This document shows, in pieces, positions 44,111 to 57,800 of a DNA stretch of 64,000 nucleotides (the stretch's first letter is position 1; every line of letters begins with the position of its first letter). Where the stretch lies: the NCBI GenBank assembly GCA_002269645.1, contig NIVC01001306.1:186482-250481 (forward strand), given 5' to 3'. The notes beneath the pieces are model-generated. The model did not search any database. It saw only the letters and a list, made by a program, of their open reading frames with translations, and was not told where the DNA came from. Position numbers and translations under genes: made by a program. The DNA comes from Macrostomum lignano. Its lineage: Eukaryota.

Positions 44111-45314
44111 CAACTTGATTAGCAGCATTTCCCTCTCAGCAGACCGCAGTTGCTGCTAAGAAAATCATCGTCACTCCAGATCCATCCTTCCAGACCTCCT
44201 TGGGAATTCTCCCCCACACTTGCTGCGCTGGGAGATTTTTTCTGACCTAAATAATATAGAAGGCCAATGGGTCTGTTTAGATCCCAAGGGGAGTTTTTTT
44301 CTATTCCCCAGGCTATAGAATCTCCCCAAATCCACAGCCTGATAGGGTATCCGCAAATTTGGGATTCATAATAATGGAAAAAGTGTGCAAGGGGCCCACC
44401 GCTCCTGCACCTGTCCCTTATTTAGCCGCCTCCCCCCCCCCCTGCGCTAAACAGATGAAGCGTGAGAAGCTGAAATGAGGGCTTCAAAGCGGATTAAGGG
44501 ATGCGGAATCGATCTGTGGGATAAAAACAACAGCGGGGATTTTCTCATCTAATGAACGAACTGCAGACAGGTCGATACAAAAGCGACCGACTCGGGACAT
44601 TGTCCCTATCAGTATCAGCGGCTCAGGCGCTACATTGAATTTAGTTGTATCAAAATTTCGTTGCACGGATTGGGGAGAAAGGATTTGAACAGATGGGGTC
44701 AATAGTGGAATTGATAATTTAATAAGCATAGTTAATCCGATCTTCAAGATTTCCTATCCCGCCTTTTTGAGACCCGGTCATTTTCCCCTTCTCTCGGCGC
44801 ATAAGACAGATCCCAATCTCGGTAGTTATTTATCCTGCCCTCCCAGTTCTCTAACGTAATCATGAGCTGAAGCGAGAATGGGCTTGTCGGGTCCTCTCAC
44901 GTCTTCGTGTCTTGTAACCTGTCAGGGCTGCACCCAGTGTCTGCTTCCTGTCCTGAAGGGAAAGCCTCCAGGGGGTCCGCACGGGGCCGCCGGCTGATGC
45001 CGGTTCGATAATAGCAGAGCTTTCACAAATGGAAACTTGTCTGTCTGTCCGCCTGTCTGCCTGCCTGTCTAACCCTCACGCCCTATAGATCATCCATCAT
45101 TAAGGCTTGAAGGGTTGGAGTTCGAAATTCTTGTTGTCCGAGTGGGCATCGGGTTTGTGTGGGCTTGAGCTCAATTTTCAGTCTCGGCATTTGAAATGTT
45201 TTTCAATCCATTTTCGACAAGAAAATAGCTATGCATGTTGATATTTATAATAGGTAGTGACCACCTGTTCAATGGTTTTAATTTAAATATATTTGGATTC
45301 TGAACAAACATTTC

Positions 45315-45900
45315 AGAATGTGAAGATTGGGGAGATGTGAAGATTGGGGAGATGTGAAGATTGGGGAGATGGGAAGATTGGGTGAATGTGAAGATTGGGT
45401 GAATGAGAAGATAGATAAATGCGAAGATTATTGAATTGAAGAGTGGGGAAGTCTGAGATTGGGTGAATGTGAAGATTGGGTAAATGAGAAGATTGATGAA
45501 TGTGAAGATCGATGAATGTGAAGAGTGGGGAAGTGTGGGATTGGGGGAATGTGAAGATTGGTGAATCTGAAGGCGGGTGAATGTGAAGATTGATGTATGT
45601 GAAGAGTGGGGAAGTGTGGGATTAGGGGAATGTGAAGATTGGTGAATGTGAATGTGAAGATTGGTGAATGTGAAGGCGCGGTGAATGTGAAGATTAGTGA
45701 ATGTGAAGATTGGTGAATGTGAAGGCGGGTGAATGTGAAGATGATGAATGTGAAGAGTGGGGAAGTGTGGGATTGGGGGAATGTGAAGATTAGTGAATGT
45801 GAAGGCGGGTGAATGTGAAGATTAGTGAATGTGAAGATTAGTGAATGTGAAGATTGGTGAATGTGAAGATTGGTGAATGTGAAGGCGGTTAATGTTAGGA
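45315..45900. repeat. 15-16-bp minisatellite (GAATGTGAAGATTGG..), same family as arrays 1-2 but in opposite orientation
   Basis: Reverse complement of CCAATCTTCACATTC; mirror copy at ~52875-53465. Confidence 0.88.
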
Positions 45901-46736
45901 GAATGCCTAACATTAGGAGAATTCGAAAACCGCGGAGATTTTAATTAGGGATAATTTCGATCACTACAACTTTTCAGTGACCAAACTGATAAGCTAAGAG
46001 CAAGTTTCCAATTTCTGGGCCATGAAAGCCCTAAAAGAGGGGACAGAAGTCATCAGGAAAGGCAAAAGAAGCAACAGCAGCAATCAGGGGGAGGGGTGCT
46101 TTCTGCACGAGGCTATAGTACCTTAGCGGCGCAAAAATTTCTTGTTGCTAAGGCCCTGGCCGATCTCCCTGCAGTGCAGAGACCCAAGTGCCAAGGTGGA
46201 AGGAAGAAGTCCACCGCCAGCACCCTCCCCCCCGAGGGACTATGCGGGAGCCATGGCAGCAGTTCGAGTGACGCTGTTACGCTGTACCATAACTGCAGCC
46301 AAAAATCTGGATGCATAGGAAATGTGTATGCGCGGACAGTTCCGGGCACTAATATGTGTTTGCTCCATCCTTGCATTGCCCCCCCCCGGGTTCCAATTCC
46401 AGCGGACCATAGTGAGCGCCTCGAGTGTTTGTTCAAGTCCGCCTCGCTTCTTTCCTTCCCTCAGTCGCGTGTCTCCAAGCGGCACCCCCGAACAGGCCGT
46501 GCGATGCCACTTATTTTTTTCACTCTCTGGCCTGGCGAGGTTGAGGGAAGTAGCGAAGGAGGATGGGGTGGCACAAGGGGGAGGAATTTGTCGAATATCA
46601 GCGGCTCGGATCGGGATTGATTGATGATGAGGAATCTGGGAAGCTGGGGGGAGCTGTGGGAAGTATAGAAAGTGACACCCGCCATGGCTGCACCGGTCCA
46701 GCAGCCTTCCTGGGATTCTGCCGCACCTCATCTGTC

Positions 46737-47248
46737 NNNNNNNNNNNNNNNNNNNNNNNNNNNNNNNNNNNNNNNNNNNNNNNNNNNNNNNNNNNNNNNN
46801 NNNNNNNNNNNNNNNNNNNNNNNNNNNNNNNNNNNNNNNNNNNNNNNNNNNNNNNNNNNNNNNNNNNNNNNNNNNNNNNNNNNNNNNNNNNNNNNNNNNN
46901 NNNNNNNNNNNNNNNNNNNNNNNNNNNNNNNNNNNNNNNNNNNNNNNNNNNNNNNNNNNNNNNNNNNNNNNNNNNNNNNNNNNNNNNNNNNNNNNNNNNN
47001 NNNNNNNNNNNNNNNNNNNNNNNNNNNNNNNNNNNNNNNNNNNNNNNNNNNNNNNNNNNNNNNNNNNNNNNNNNNNNNNNNNNNNNNNNNNNNNNNNNNN
47101 NNNNNNNNNNNNNNNNNNNNNNNNNNNNNNNNNNNNNNNNNNNNNNNNNNNNNNNNNNNNNNNNNNNNNNNNNNNNNNNNNNNNNNNNNNNNNNNNNNNN
47201 NNNNNNNNNNNNNNNNNNNNNNNNNNNNNNNNNNNNNNNNNNNNNNNN
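46737..47248. other. Assembly gap (512 N)
   Basis: Run of N. Confidence 1.
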
Positions 47249-47695
<447 letters not shown>

Positions 47696-48297
47696 TGGCC
47701 TGCAACGGGTATGTAAAAACCCAGCCATTCCAGTTTCCAGATCTCTGCCCAATCTCCGCCTGGCGCCGAGCGCCTCGATTCTGTCTTATCGCATCCTGAA
47801 ATCGGCACGTCATCTATATAATAAGATGGAGTTGAAAAATGGCGGCTAAACCCCCTAATTTGGGCCCAACCGGTTCAACCCGGACCCCAACCCCTCCCCT
47901 CACTGTCGCAACTCTCTGTCGCTGCTGCTGCCGCTGCCACTGGCAGATCCTCACGCGCCTCCCATATGCAGCTTATGCTTATCAGGGAGAGAGGGGGGAA
48001 TTAGGATAATATAGGGAAGGAATAGCTCTTCTGAGCAGGTTAGGATGGGGCAAGCATTAAAATTTTTGGGCATTAATTTCTGTTCGACCCCTGACCGGAG
48101 CTGATAAGAATTTTAGGTTGGGATCGAATTAGATGGGCTGGGCTGTAATAGGCTGTAATGGGCTGTAATAGGCTGTAATGGGCACTTGTAAAGCTACCGT
48201 AGGTTGTAATCAGGCGGAAGGCTGGAGAATGGAGTCACGTGCCGTCTCATCCGGCTCAAGAAGTATATGGCCAGTCCTTATCTCGTCTGCTAGCTCG

Positions 48298-49670
48298 TAT
48301 CTCTCGTGTCTCTCCTTCTATCTCTCGTGTCTCTCCTTCTATCTCTCGTGTCTCTCCTTCTATCTCTCGTGTCTCTCCTTCTATCTCTCGTGTCTCTCCT
48401 TCTATCTCTCGTGTCTCTCCTTCTATCTCTCGTGTCTCTCCTTCTATCTCTCGTGTCTCTCCTTCTATCTCTCGTGTCTCTCCTTCTATCTCTCGTGTCT
48501 CTCCTTCTATCTCTCGTGTCTCTCCTTCTATCTCTCGTGTCTCTCCTTCTATCTCTCGTGTCTCTCCTTCTATCTCTCGTGTCTCTCCTTCTATCTCTCG
48601 TGTCTCTCCTTCTATCTCTCGTGTCTCTCCTTCTATCTCTCGTGTCTCTCCTTCTATCTCTCGTGTCTCTCCTTCTATCTCTCGTGTCTCTCCTTCTATC
48701 TCTCGTGTCTCTCCTTCTATCTCTCGTGTCTCTCCTTCTATCTCTCGTGTCTCTCCTTCTATCTCTCGTGTCTCTCCTTCTATCTCTCGTGTCTCTCCTT
48801 CTATCTCTCGTGTCTCTCCTTCTATCTCTCGTGTCTCTCCTTCTATCTCTCGTGTCTCTCCTTCTATCTCTCGTGTCTCTCCTTCTATCTCTCGTGTCTC
48901 TGTATCTCTCATGTCTATCCCTCTATCTCTCGTGTCTCTCCTTCTATCTCTCGTGTCTCTCCTTCTATCTCTCGTGTCTCTCCTTCTATCTCTCGTGTCT
49001 CTCCTTCTATCTCTCGTGTCTCTCCTTCTATCTCTCATGTCTATCCCTCTATCTCTCGTGTCTCTCCTTCTATCTCTCGTGTCTCTCCTTCTATCTCTCG
49101 TGTCTCTCCTTCTATCTCTCGTGTCTCTCCTTCTATCTCTCGTGTCTCTCCTTCTATCTCTCATGTCTCTCCTTCTATCTCTCGTGTCTCTCCTATCTCT
49201 CGTGTCTCTCCTTCTATCTCTCATGTCTCTCCTTCTATCTCTCGTGTCTCTCCTTCTATCTCTCGTGTCTCTCCTTCTATCTCTCGTGTCTCTCCTTCTA
49301 TCTCTCGTGTCTCTCCTTCTATCTCTCGTGTCTCTCCTTCTATCTCTCGTGTCTCTCCTTCTATCTCTCGTGTCTCTCCTTCTATCTCTCATATCTCTCC
49401 TTCTATCTCTCGTGTCTCTCCTATCTCTCGTGTCTCTCCTTCTATCTCTCATGTCTCTCCTTCTATCTCTCGTGTCTCTCCTTCTATCTCTCGTGTCTCT
49501 GTATCTCTCATGTCTATCCCTCTATCTCTCGTGTCTCTCCTTCTATCTCTCGTGTCTCTGTATCTCTCATGTCTATCCCTCTATCTCTCGTGTCTCTCCT
49601 TCTATCTCTCGTGTCTCTGTATCTCTCATGTCTATCCCTCTATCTCTCGTGTCTCTCCTTCTATTTCTTG
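48298..49670. repeat. 21-bp pyrimidine-rich minisatellite (TCTCGTGTCTCTCCTTCTATC), ~65 copies
   Basis: Highly homogeneous 5' half, variant 3' half; source of the 400-500 aa spurious ORFs. Confidence 0.96.
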
Positions 49671-49689
49671 TATTTCTTGGGTCTTCTCT

Positions 49690-49748
49690 ATAAGATTGGG
49701 TCTGCCTTTATAAGATTGGGTCTGCCTTTATAAGATAGGGTCTGCCTC
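49690..49748. repeat. 20-bp repeat (TATAAGATTGGGTCTGCCTT) x3
   Basis: Direct reading of the sequence. Confidence 0.85.
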
Positions 49749-50899
49749 TGTCTCATAAAAGCAAAAAGCAGCGAACTACCTGCATAGCAGATCCCGGTTC
49801 CTGCCTATACTTTCACCTTCACATTTTCCCTCCTGACTAACCTGAAACCGAATACTCGAGCCCTGTGCCTATAGCAACCATTTCAGATTGGAATCTCAGG
49901 CCAATAATGAGCCTATAGAAAACTTGTTGACAGCGGTGGGGGGGGCTGTTTTTCGGCTCAATTAGAGCGTGAAATCGAATTGAATTCGTGCAACGAAGAA
50001 AAAAGTTACCGATCAGGCAAGAAGTGAACCTGATTCTAGCTGTGTGTTGCGAGACCGCTATACAGATCCCAAATCCCAAGCGGCACGCACCTGGTTGTCA
50101 AGGCGGGTCGAGTCGCTCCCCTTCTCTCCGATCATGAGATTTTTTCCGCCTCCAGATTCCCAATCCCCTTCTTACTTTTCCCCGCAACTCAAGCCAAACA
50201 GAGGGTCTCCCTCCCAATCTCCCGAATTGGAACAGCCTCGACCTTGCCGGTCCCGAGCTCGACCCCGATAACATCACTTTCCCTCACCAACCTGACACGT
50301 GGCCCCAGGGGGGAAGGGGAAGGGTTGAGAAGCATAATTCGTTGAGGAGTCTGGGCCAGAGCACTCTCCATCCTTCATCTCAGGGACCCACTCTGCGAGC
50401 ACTTGGCCAGGCCAGTTGCTATGACAGATGCGAGCAGCAGTTTCCTCAATTTACTCACCTACATCATACACTCAGCCTTGATAATGAACGGAAGTGCGAG
50501 CACAGAGGCTAAATAGAACTCTGGCACCTCTTCTCCTAAGTTAACTTCCGGCGCAATGCATCACTTCCGGTGGGCAACCGAAAGTTCGATCTCCTCTCTC
50601 TCTCTCTCTCGGTTGATGACGCGTTGACTGACCTCCCGGAAGCTGAAAATATATTTGGAGTTTTTTGAATAGAATTCTTATCGTTGGCAAGATTACTATA
50701 GGAGTTAGATTTTGGCATTTGTCAGCTAGTTGCTAACTGGCTGCTGCTTCCGGTATACTCTGGGCGTTTTGTGAGTCATCGTGAGTTATTTAATACTTCA
50801 GGCCATTTTTATGCTTTGGGATTTGATGTAGACCGGCTTGTCTAAATTACAGTAAACCTCTAACATGAGTAACTCGTCAGTCATAGACTCATTCAGTAT

Positions 50900-51800
50900 G
50901 ACCCTCTCTACCCCTGTGTTGGTGGAAAAGTGTGACTGTGTGACCCCTCTACCCCTGTGTCACCTTCACCTTCACACGGTAAAGTGTGATCCCCTCCACC
51001 CCTGTGTTTTTGGAAAGGTGTGACCCCTCTACCCCTGTGTTGGTGGAAAAGTGTGACCCCCTCTACCCCTGTGTTGGTGGAAAAGTGTGACCCCCTCTAC
51101 CCCTGTGTTGGTGGAAAAGTGTGACCCCCCCTCTACCCCTGTGTTGGTGGAAAAGTGTGACCCCCTCTCTACCCCTGTGTTGGTGGAAAAGTGTGACCCC
51201 TTCTCTACCCCTGTGTTGGTGGAAAAGTGTGACCCCTCTCTACCCCTGTGTTGGTGGAAAAAGTGTGACCCCCTCTACCCCTGTGTTTGTGGAAAAGTGT
51301 GACCCCTCTCTACCCCTGTGTTTGTGGAAAAGTGTGACCCCCTCTACCCCTGTGTTGGTGGAAAAGTGTGACCCCCTCTCTACCCCTGTGTTGGTGGAAA
51401 AGTGTGACCCCCTCTACCCCTGTGTTTGTGGAAAAGTGTGACCCCCTCTCTACCCCTGTGTTGGTGGAAAAAGTGTGACCCCCTCTACCCCTGTGTTGGT
51501 GGAAAAGTGTGACCCCCTCTCTACCCCTGTGTTTGTGGAAAAGTGTGACCCCCTCTCTACCCCTGTGTTTGTGGAAAAGTGTGACCCCCTCTACCCCTGT
51601 GTTGGTGGAAAAGTGTGACCCCCTCTCTACCCCTGTGTTGGTGGAAAAGTGTGACCCCCTCTACCCCTGTGTTTGTGGAAAAGTGTGACCCCCTCTCTAC
51701 CCCTGTGTTGGTGGAAAAGTGTGACCCCCTCTACCCCTGTGTTGCGGTAAAGTGTGACCCCCTCTACCCCTGTGTTGCGGTAAAGTGTGACCCCCTCTAC
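50900..51800. repeat. 33-35-bp minisatellite (CTCTACCCCTGTGTTGGTGGAAAAGTGTGACCCC), ~25 copies
   Basis: Head-to-tail units, no spacers. Confidence 0.94.
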
Positions 51801-54800
51801 ACCTCGCTGTGCTTAACGATTCATTTTCTAAGATTTTGTTTCAAACTTTTTCCTTCTCCGAGACAGGCTGACAGGATATTCCACTTTTTACAGCCTATCT
51901 ATCTATCCATCTATCGGTTCTAAAAGAAGACAGGAAACAGGTCAGGCTCGGTTCGAAATGGGCTCCCTGCACCCAACAACCAGCCCCTTGAATCTCAGCC
52001 CTTGGCAGGGGGTCCGGCCCAGCCAGTGACCGGACAGATGAGGAGCGGCAGAATCCCAGGAAGGCTGCTGGGACCGGTGCAGCCATGGCGGGTGTCACTT
52101 TCTATACTTCCCACAGCTCCCCCCAGCTTCCCAGATTCCTCATCATCAATCAATCCCGATCCGAGCCGCTGATATTCGACAAATTCCTCCCCCTGTGCCA
52201 CCCCCATCCCTCCTTCGCTACTTCCCTCAACCTCGGCCAGGCCAGAGAGTGAAAAAAATAAGTGGCATCGCACGGCCTGTTTGGGGGTGCCGCTTGGAGA
52301 CACGCGACTGAGGGAAGGAAAGAAGCGAGGCGGACTTGAACAAACACTCGAGGCGCTCACTATGGTCCGCTGGAATTGGAACCCGGGGGGGGGCAATGCA
52401 AGGATGGAGCAAACACATATTAGTGCCCGGAACTGTCCGCGCATACACATTTCCTATGCATCCAGATTTTTGGCTGCAGTTATGGTACAGCGTAACAGCG
52501 TCACTCGAACTGCTGCCATGGCTCCCGCATAGTCCCTCGGGGGGGAGGGGGTGCTGGCGGTGGGACTTCTTCCTTCCACCTTGGCACTTGGGTCTCTGCA
52601 CTGCAGGGAGATCGGCCAGGGCCTTAGCAACAAGAAATTTTTGCGCCGCTAAGGTACTATAGCCTCGTGCAGAAAGCACCCCTCCCCCCTGATTGCTGCT
52701 GTTGCTTCTTTTGCCTTTCCTGATGACTTCTGGCTCCCCTCTTTTAGGGCTTTCATGGCCCAGAAATTGGAAACTTGCTCTTAGCTTATCAGTTTGGTCA
52801 CTGAAAAGTTGTAGTGATCGAAATTATCCCTAATTAAAATCTCCGCGGTTTTCGAATTCTCCTAATGTTAGGCATTCTCCTAACATTAACCCGCCTTCAC
52901 ATTCACCAATCTTCACATTCACCAATCTTCACATTCACTAATCTTCACATTCACTAATCTTCACATTCACCCGCCTTCACATTCACTAATCTTCACATTC
53001 CCCCAATCCCACACTTCCCCACTCTTCACATTCATCAATCTTCACATTCACCCGCCTTCACATTCACCAATCTTCACATTCACTAATCTTCACATTCACC
53101 CGCCTTCACATTCACCAATCTTCACATTCACATTCACCAATCTTCACATTCCCCTAATCCCACACTTCCCCACTCTTCACATACATCAATCTTCACATTC
53201 ACCCGCCTTCAGATTCACCAATCTTCACATTCCCCAATCCCACACTTCCCCACTCTTCACATTCATCGATCTTCACATTCATCAATCTTCTCATTTACCC
53301 AATCTTCACATTCACCCAATCTCAGACTTCCCCACTCTTCAATTCAATAATCTTCGCATTTATCTATCTTCTCATTCACCCAATCTTCACATTCACCCAA
53401 TCTTCCCATCTCCCCAATCTTCACATCTCCCCAATCTTCACATCTCCCCAATCTTCACATTCTGAAATGTTTGTTCAGAATCCAAATATATTTAAATTAA
53501 AACCATTGAACAGGTGGTCACTACCTATTATAAATATCAACATGCATAGCTATTTTCTTGTCGAAAATGGATTGAAAAACATTTCAAATGCCGAGACTGA
53601 AAATTGAGCTCAAGCCCACACAAACCCGATGCCCACTCGGACAACAAGAATTTCGAACTCCAACCCTTCAAGCCTTAATGATGGATGATCTATAGGGCGT
53701 GAGGGGTTAGACAGGCAGGCAGACAGGCGGACAGACAGACAAGTTTCCATTTGTGAAAGCTCTGCTATTATCGAACCGGCATCAGCCGGCGGCCCCGTGC
53801 GGACCCCCTGGAGGCTTTCCCTTCAGGACAGGAAGCAGACACTGGGTGCAGCCCTGACAGGTTACAAGACACGAAGACGTGAGAGGACCCGACAAGCCCA
53901 TTCTCGCTTCAGCTCATGATTACGTTAGAGAACTGGGAGGGCAGGATAAATAACTACCGAGATTGGGATCTGTCTTATGCGCCGAGAGAAGGGGAAAATG
54001 ACCGGGTCTCAAAAAGGCGGGGATAGGAAATCTTGAAGATCGGATTAACTATGCTTATTAAATTATCAATTCCACTATTGACCCCATCTGTTCAAATCCT
54101 TTCTCCCCAATCCGTGCAACGAAATTTTGATACAACTAAATTCAATGTAGCGCCTGAGCCGCTGATACTGATAGGGACAATGTCCCGAGTCGGTCGCTTT
54201 TGTATCGACCTGTCTGCAGTTCGTTCATTAGATGAGAAAATCCCCGCTGTTGTTTTTATCCCACAGATCGATTCCGCATCCCTTAATCCGCTTTGAAGCC
54301 CTCATTTCAGCTTCTCACGCTTCATCTGTTTAGCGCAGGGGGGGGGGGAGGCGGCTAAATAAGGGACAGGTGCAGGAGCGGTGGGCCCCTTGCACACTTT
54401 TTCCATTATTATGAATCCCAAATTTGCGGATACCCTATCAGGCTGTGGATTTGGGGAGATTCTATAGCCTGGGGAATAGAAAAAAACTCCCCTTGGGATC
54501 TAAACAGACCCATTGGCCTTCTATATTATTTAGGTCAGAAAAAATCTCCCAGCGCAGCAAGTGTGGGGGAGAATTCCCAAGGAGGTCTGGAAGGATGGAT
54601 CTGGAGTGACGATGATTTTCTTAGCAGCAACTGCGGTCTGCTGAGAGGGAAATGCTGCTAATCAAGTTGGGATTGTGAATTTTTGATTAAGAATTGGAAA
54701 CTTGGAGAATGTGAAAAATGAAGAATGTGAAAAATGAAGAATGTGAAAAATGAGGAATTTAAATATTGGAGAATGTGAAGCTTGGAGAATGTGAAGCTTG

Positions 54801-57800
54801 GAGAATGTGAAGCTTAGAGAATGTGAAGCTTGGAGAATGTGAAGCTTAGAGAATGTGAAGCTTGGAGAATGCGAAGCTTGGAGAATGTGAAGCTTGAGGA
54901 ATGTGAAGCTTGGGGAATGTGAAGCTTGGGAATGTGAAGATTGGGGAATGTGAAGCTTGGGAGAATGTGAAGCTTGGGGAATGTGAAGCTTGGGGAATGT
55001 GAAGCTTGGGGAATGTGAAGCTTGGGGAATGTGAAGCTTGGGGAATGTGAAGCTTGGGGAATGTGAAGCTTGGAGGAATGTGAAGCTTGGGGAATGTGAA
55101 GCTTGGGGAATGTGAAGCTTGGGGAATGTGATGCTTGAGGAATGTGATGCTTGAGGAATGTGAAGCTTGAGGAATGTGTAGCTTGGAGAATGTGAAGCTT
55201 GGAGAATGTGAAGCTTGGAGAATGTGATGCTTGGGGAATGTGAATATTAGAGAATGTAAAGATTGGGGAATGTGAAGATTGGGGAATGTGAAGCTTGGGG
55301 AATGTGAAGCTTGGGGAATGTGAAGCTTGGGGAATGTGAAGCTTGGGGAATGTGAAGCTTGGGGAATGTGAAGCTTGGAGGAATGTGAAGCTTGGGGAAT
55401 GTGAAGCTTGGAGAATGTGAAGCTTGGAGAATGTGATGCTTTAGGGAACATGAAATTTCGGAGGACGGCAACTAAGGCATGTGAAGCTTGGAGAATGTGA
55501 AGCTTGGAGAATGTGATGCTTTAGGGAACATGAAATTTCGGAGGACGGCAACTAAGGCATGTTAAACTTTGAGATTGTGAATCACTTCCGGTTGCTAGTA
55601 TTTTCTGCTATGAATTGCTTCCATCGAAAGTTTTGATTTGTGAAAGAGATGCTAATTCCAGATTCTCCGTACAAAGCCTCCTTGGACTTCTCCATCCCTT
55701 CGGCTGAGTCAATGCTTCTCCTTCCCTCCCCAGCAGTCAAAACAACCCCATCCAGCCTCATCGAGGCTGGCGCCCGCCTCCCACTAAGCTCATTTCCGGT
55801 CTAGCAGAGCGTCCTGAAAATTTGAGAACGAATTTGAAAAAAAAACTGCCCACAGCAGGACCCCCGCTCGCTTCATCAGCACTCAGCCCTTGAGACCTTC
55901 ACGCCCGACTGACCCTGCCGCCCTCGGGTCGCTGCTTCCAGGGGAGGCGGAAGGAGAATTATCCCATCAAGAGCTACTAATAGCAGCTGCCGAAAAAATT
56001 TATCAACACCTGCTTTTCCTCTCATCGTTTCCCAGGACTCGCTCATTCAGTCTGAGCTGGAGCAGCGGTGGAGGAGGGTACTCATCGCACATTTTTAACA
56101 ATGACATTTGTTCTGCAGACAGGCGCATTGAGGCCAAGTTGCCAGAATTCTCGTTTTAAGAGAGATGGATGTTAGCCTAGTCTGATGCCAACAGTTTCTA
56201 GAATCTATTAGAAATTCCCCCTTGGACAGAATAAGCTGCAAAAAAGTTCAATCAATTCCCCAGGGAATTAGCAAATTTCCTTAGGATTTCAGTTACACGA
56301 ATACGTCTCTGAAACTAAGGAAATATAACCAATAAAATTCATTATTTTATTGATTTATTAAGTAAGAGAATTTCCAGGAGAGAATTTTGCCAGAAAGAAT
56401 TCCCCAGGAAAGAATTGCCCAGGAAAATGTTCCCCTGAAAGGAATTGTCTAGGAAAAATTTCCCAGCGTAGAATTGCCATAGGAAAGAATTCCCCAGAAG
56501 GCCAGAAAAGAGTTCCCCAGAAAATAATTCCCCTGAATAGAATTCTCCAGGTAGGAATTCCCCAGGAAAGAATTTCATGCACGAATTCCAAAATGGCTAA
56601 CCCGCCTCACTGGGGACTTAACTTAGTCAAGAAAGCCTTAATGACTTGGCACAGTTCGTAATTGCAACAAAATGAGATCATAAATTGGGCACAAATCCGA
56701 CACAAGCTTACTCGTAAGTGTCCGCCTTTTCTCTACTGAAGAATGCCGTCCAAGATCTGTTTTTATTGGTGCCGTTTGACTATTTTTTGTGTTTATAAGC
56801 GCGACCTGCACAGTATTTTAGGATCATAGAGATTAGCTGCCTATTTTACGCGTGCGCTCTAGAAATTTGCATTTCGAACACTGCCCGTGCCTGTGGCACC
56901 TCTGTGGCACCCTTTTCAAGTTGTCCCAGTTTCCAAGATGATGTCGGATTACTGCGCACAAATTGCACGAATATTCGAGGTTCAGTCTGTTTCTCTTTCG
57001 ATAATGTATCAAAGTTTCTGTTGTTTTTCTGCCCGCACCGAGATAAACAAACTATTTTACAGTCTAAACACAAAAAAATGTAATCTTAGTTTAAAATTGA
57101 AGTATCTATTGAGCGGAGAGGAAATAGTTTAAGGAGGCTGGCGTGACTCGCTTTCAGAGTGATGTTGAAATCCCCAATTCACAATTTCTTGTTCAGAGAT
57201 TCGCCAAAATTCATATCGGGTCGCTTCACTAAAGTTCACTGACCAGAAACTTCACAGAATTGAAATGCTCAAAGCATCGGTAGGTACGAGTATTTGTTTG
57301 GAGAATGTGAAGCTTGAGGAATGTGAAGATTGGGGAACGTGAAGATTGGGGAATATGAAGCTTGGGAGTGTGAAGATTGGGGAATGTGAAGATTGGGGAA
57401 TGTGAAGATTGGGGAATGTGGAGATTGGGGAATGTGAACATTGAGGAATGTTAAGATTGGGGAATGTGAAGATTGGGGAACGTGAGGGTTTGGGGAATGT
57501 GAAGACTGGGGAATGTGAAGACTGGGGAATGTGAAGCTTGGGGAATGTAAAGCTTGGGGAACGTGAAGATTGGGGAACGTGAGGGTTTGGGGAATGTGAA
57601 GACTGGGGAATGTGAAGACTGGGGAATGTGAAGCTTGGGGAATGTAAAGCTTGGGGAACGTGAAGATTGGGGAATGTGAAGCTTGGGGAATGGGAAGATT
57701 GGGAAATGTAAACATTAGGGAATGTATTAACATTAGGGTTGAAGAATTTGAAGGTTGGGGAATGTAAAGGTTGAGAAATGTGAAGATTTAAGAATGTGAA

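Larger units (their letters stand above)
34782..46736 (+). repeat. Left arm of a large inverted duplication (mirror of 52033-64000)
   Basis: Reverse-complement match throughout; mirrored ORF coordinates sum to 98769-98782 (e.g. 38135+60644, 42191+56591, 44747+54033). The arm probably extends further left, but its partner leaves the window. Confidence 0.97.

Noticed and set aside
46096-46731. Non-repetitive 100-174 aa ORFs near the arm end (mirror 51995-52679)
   Set aside because: No recognisable domain, overlapping ORFs in many frames, and the frames differ between the two arms.
48178-49733. Long 398-511 aa ORFs (also 32502-33559, 35008-35991, 19841-20628, 31216-32042, 43330-44118 and mirrors)
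   Set aside because: Open in several frames and on both strands only because the repeat units lack stop codons; the products are low-complexity translations of satellites.
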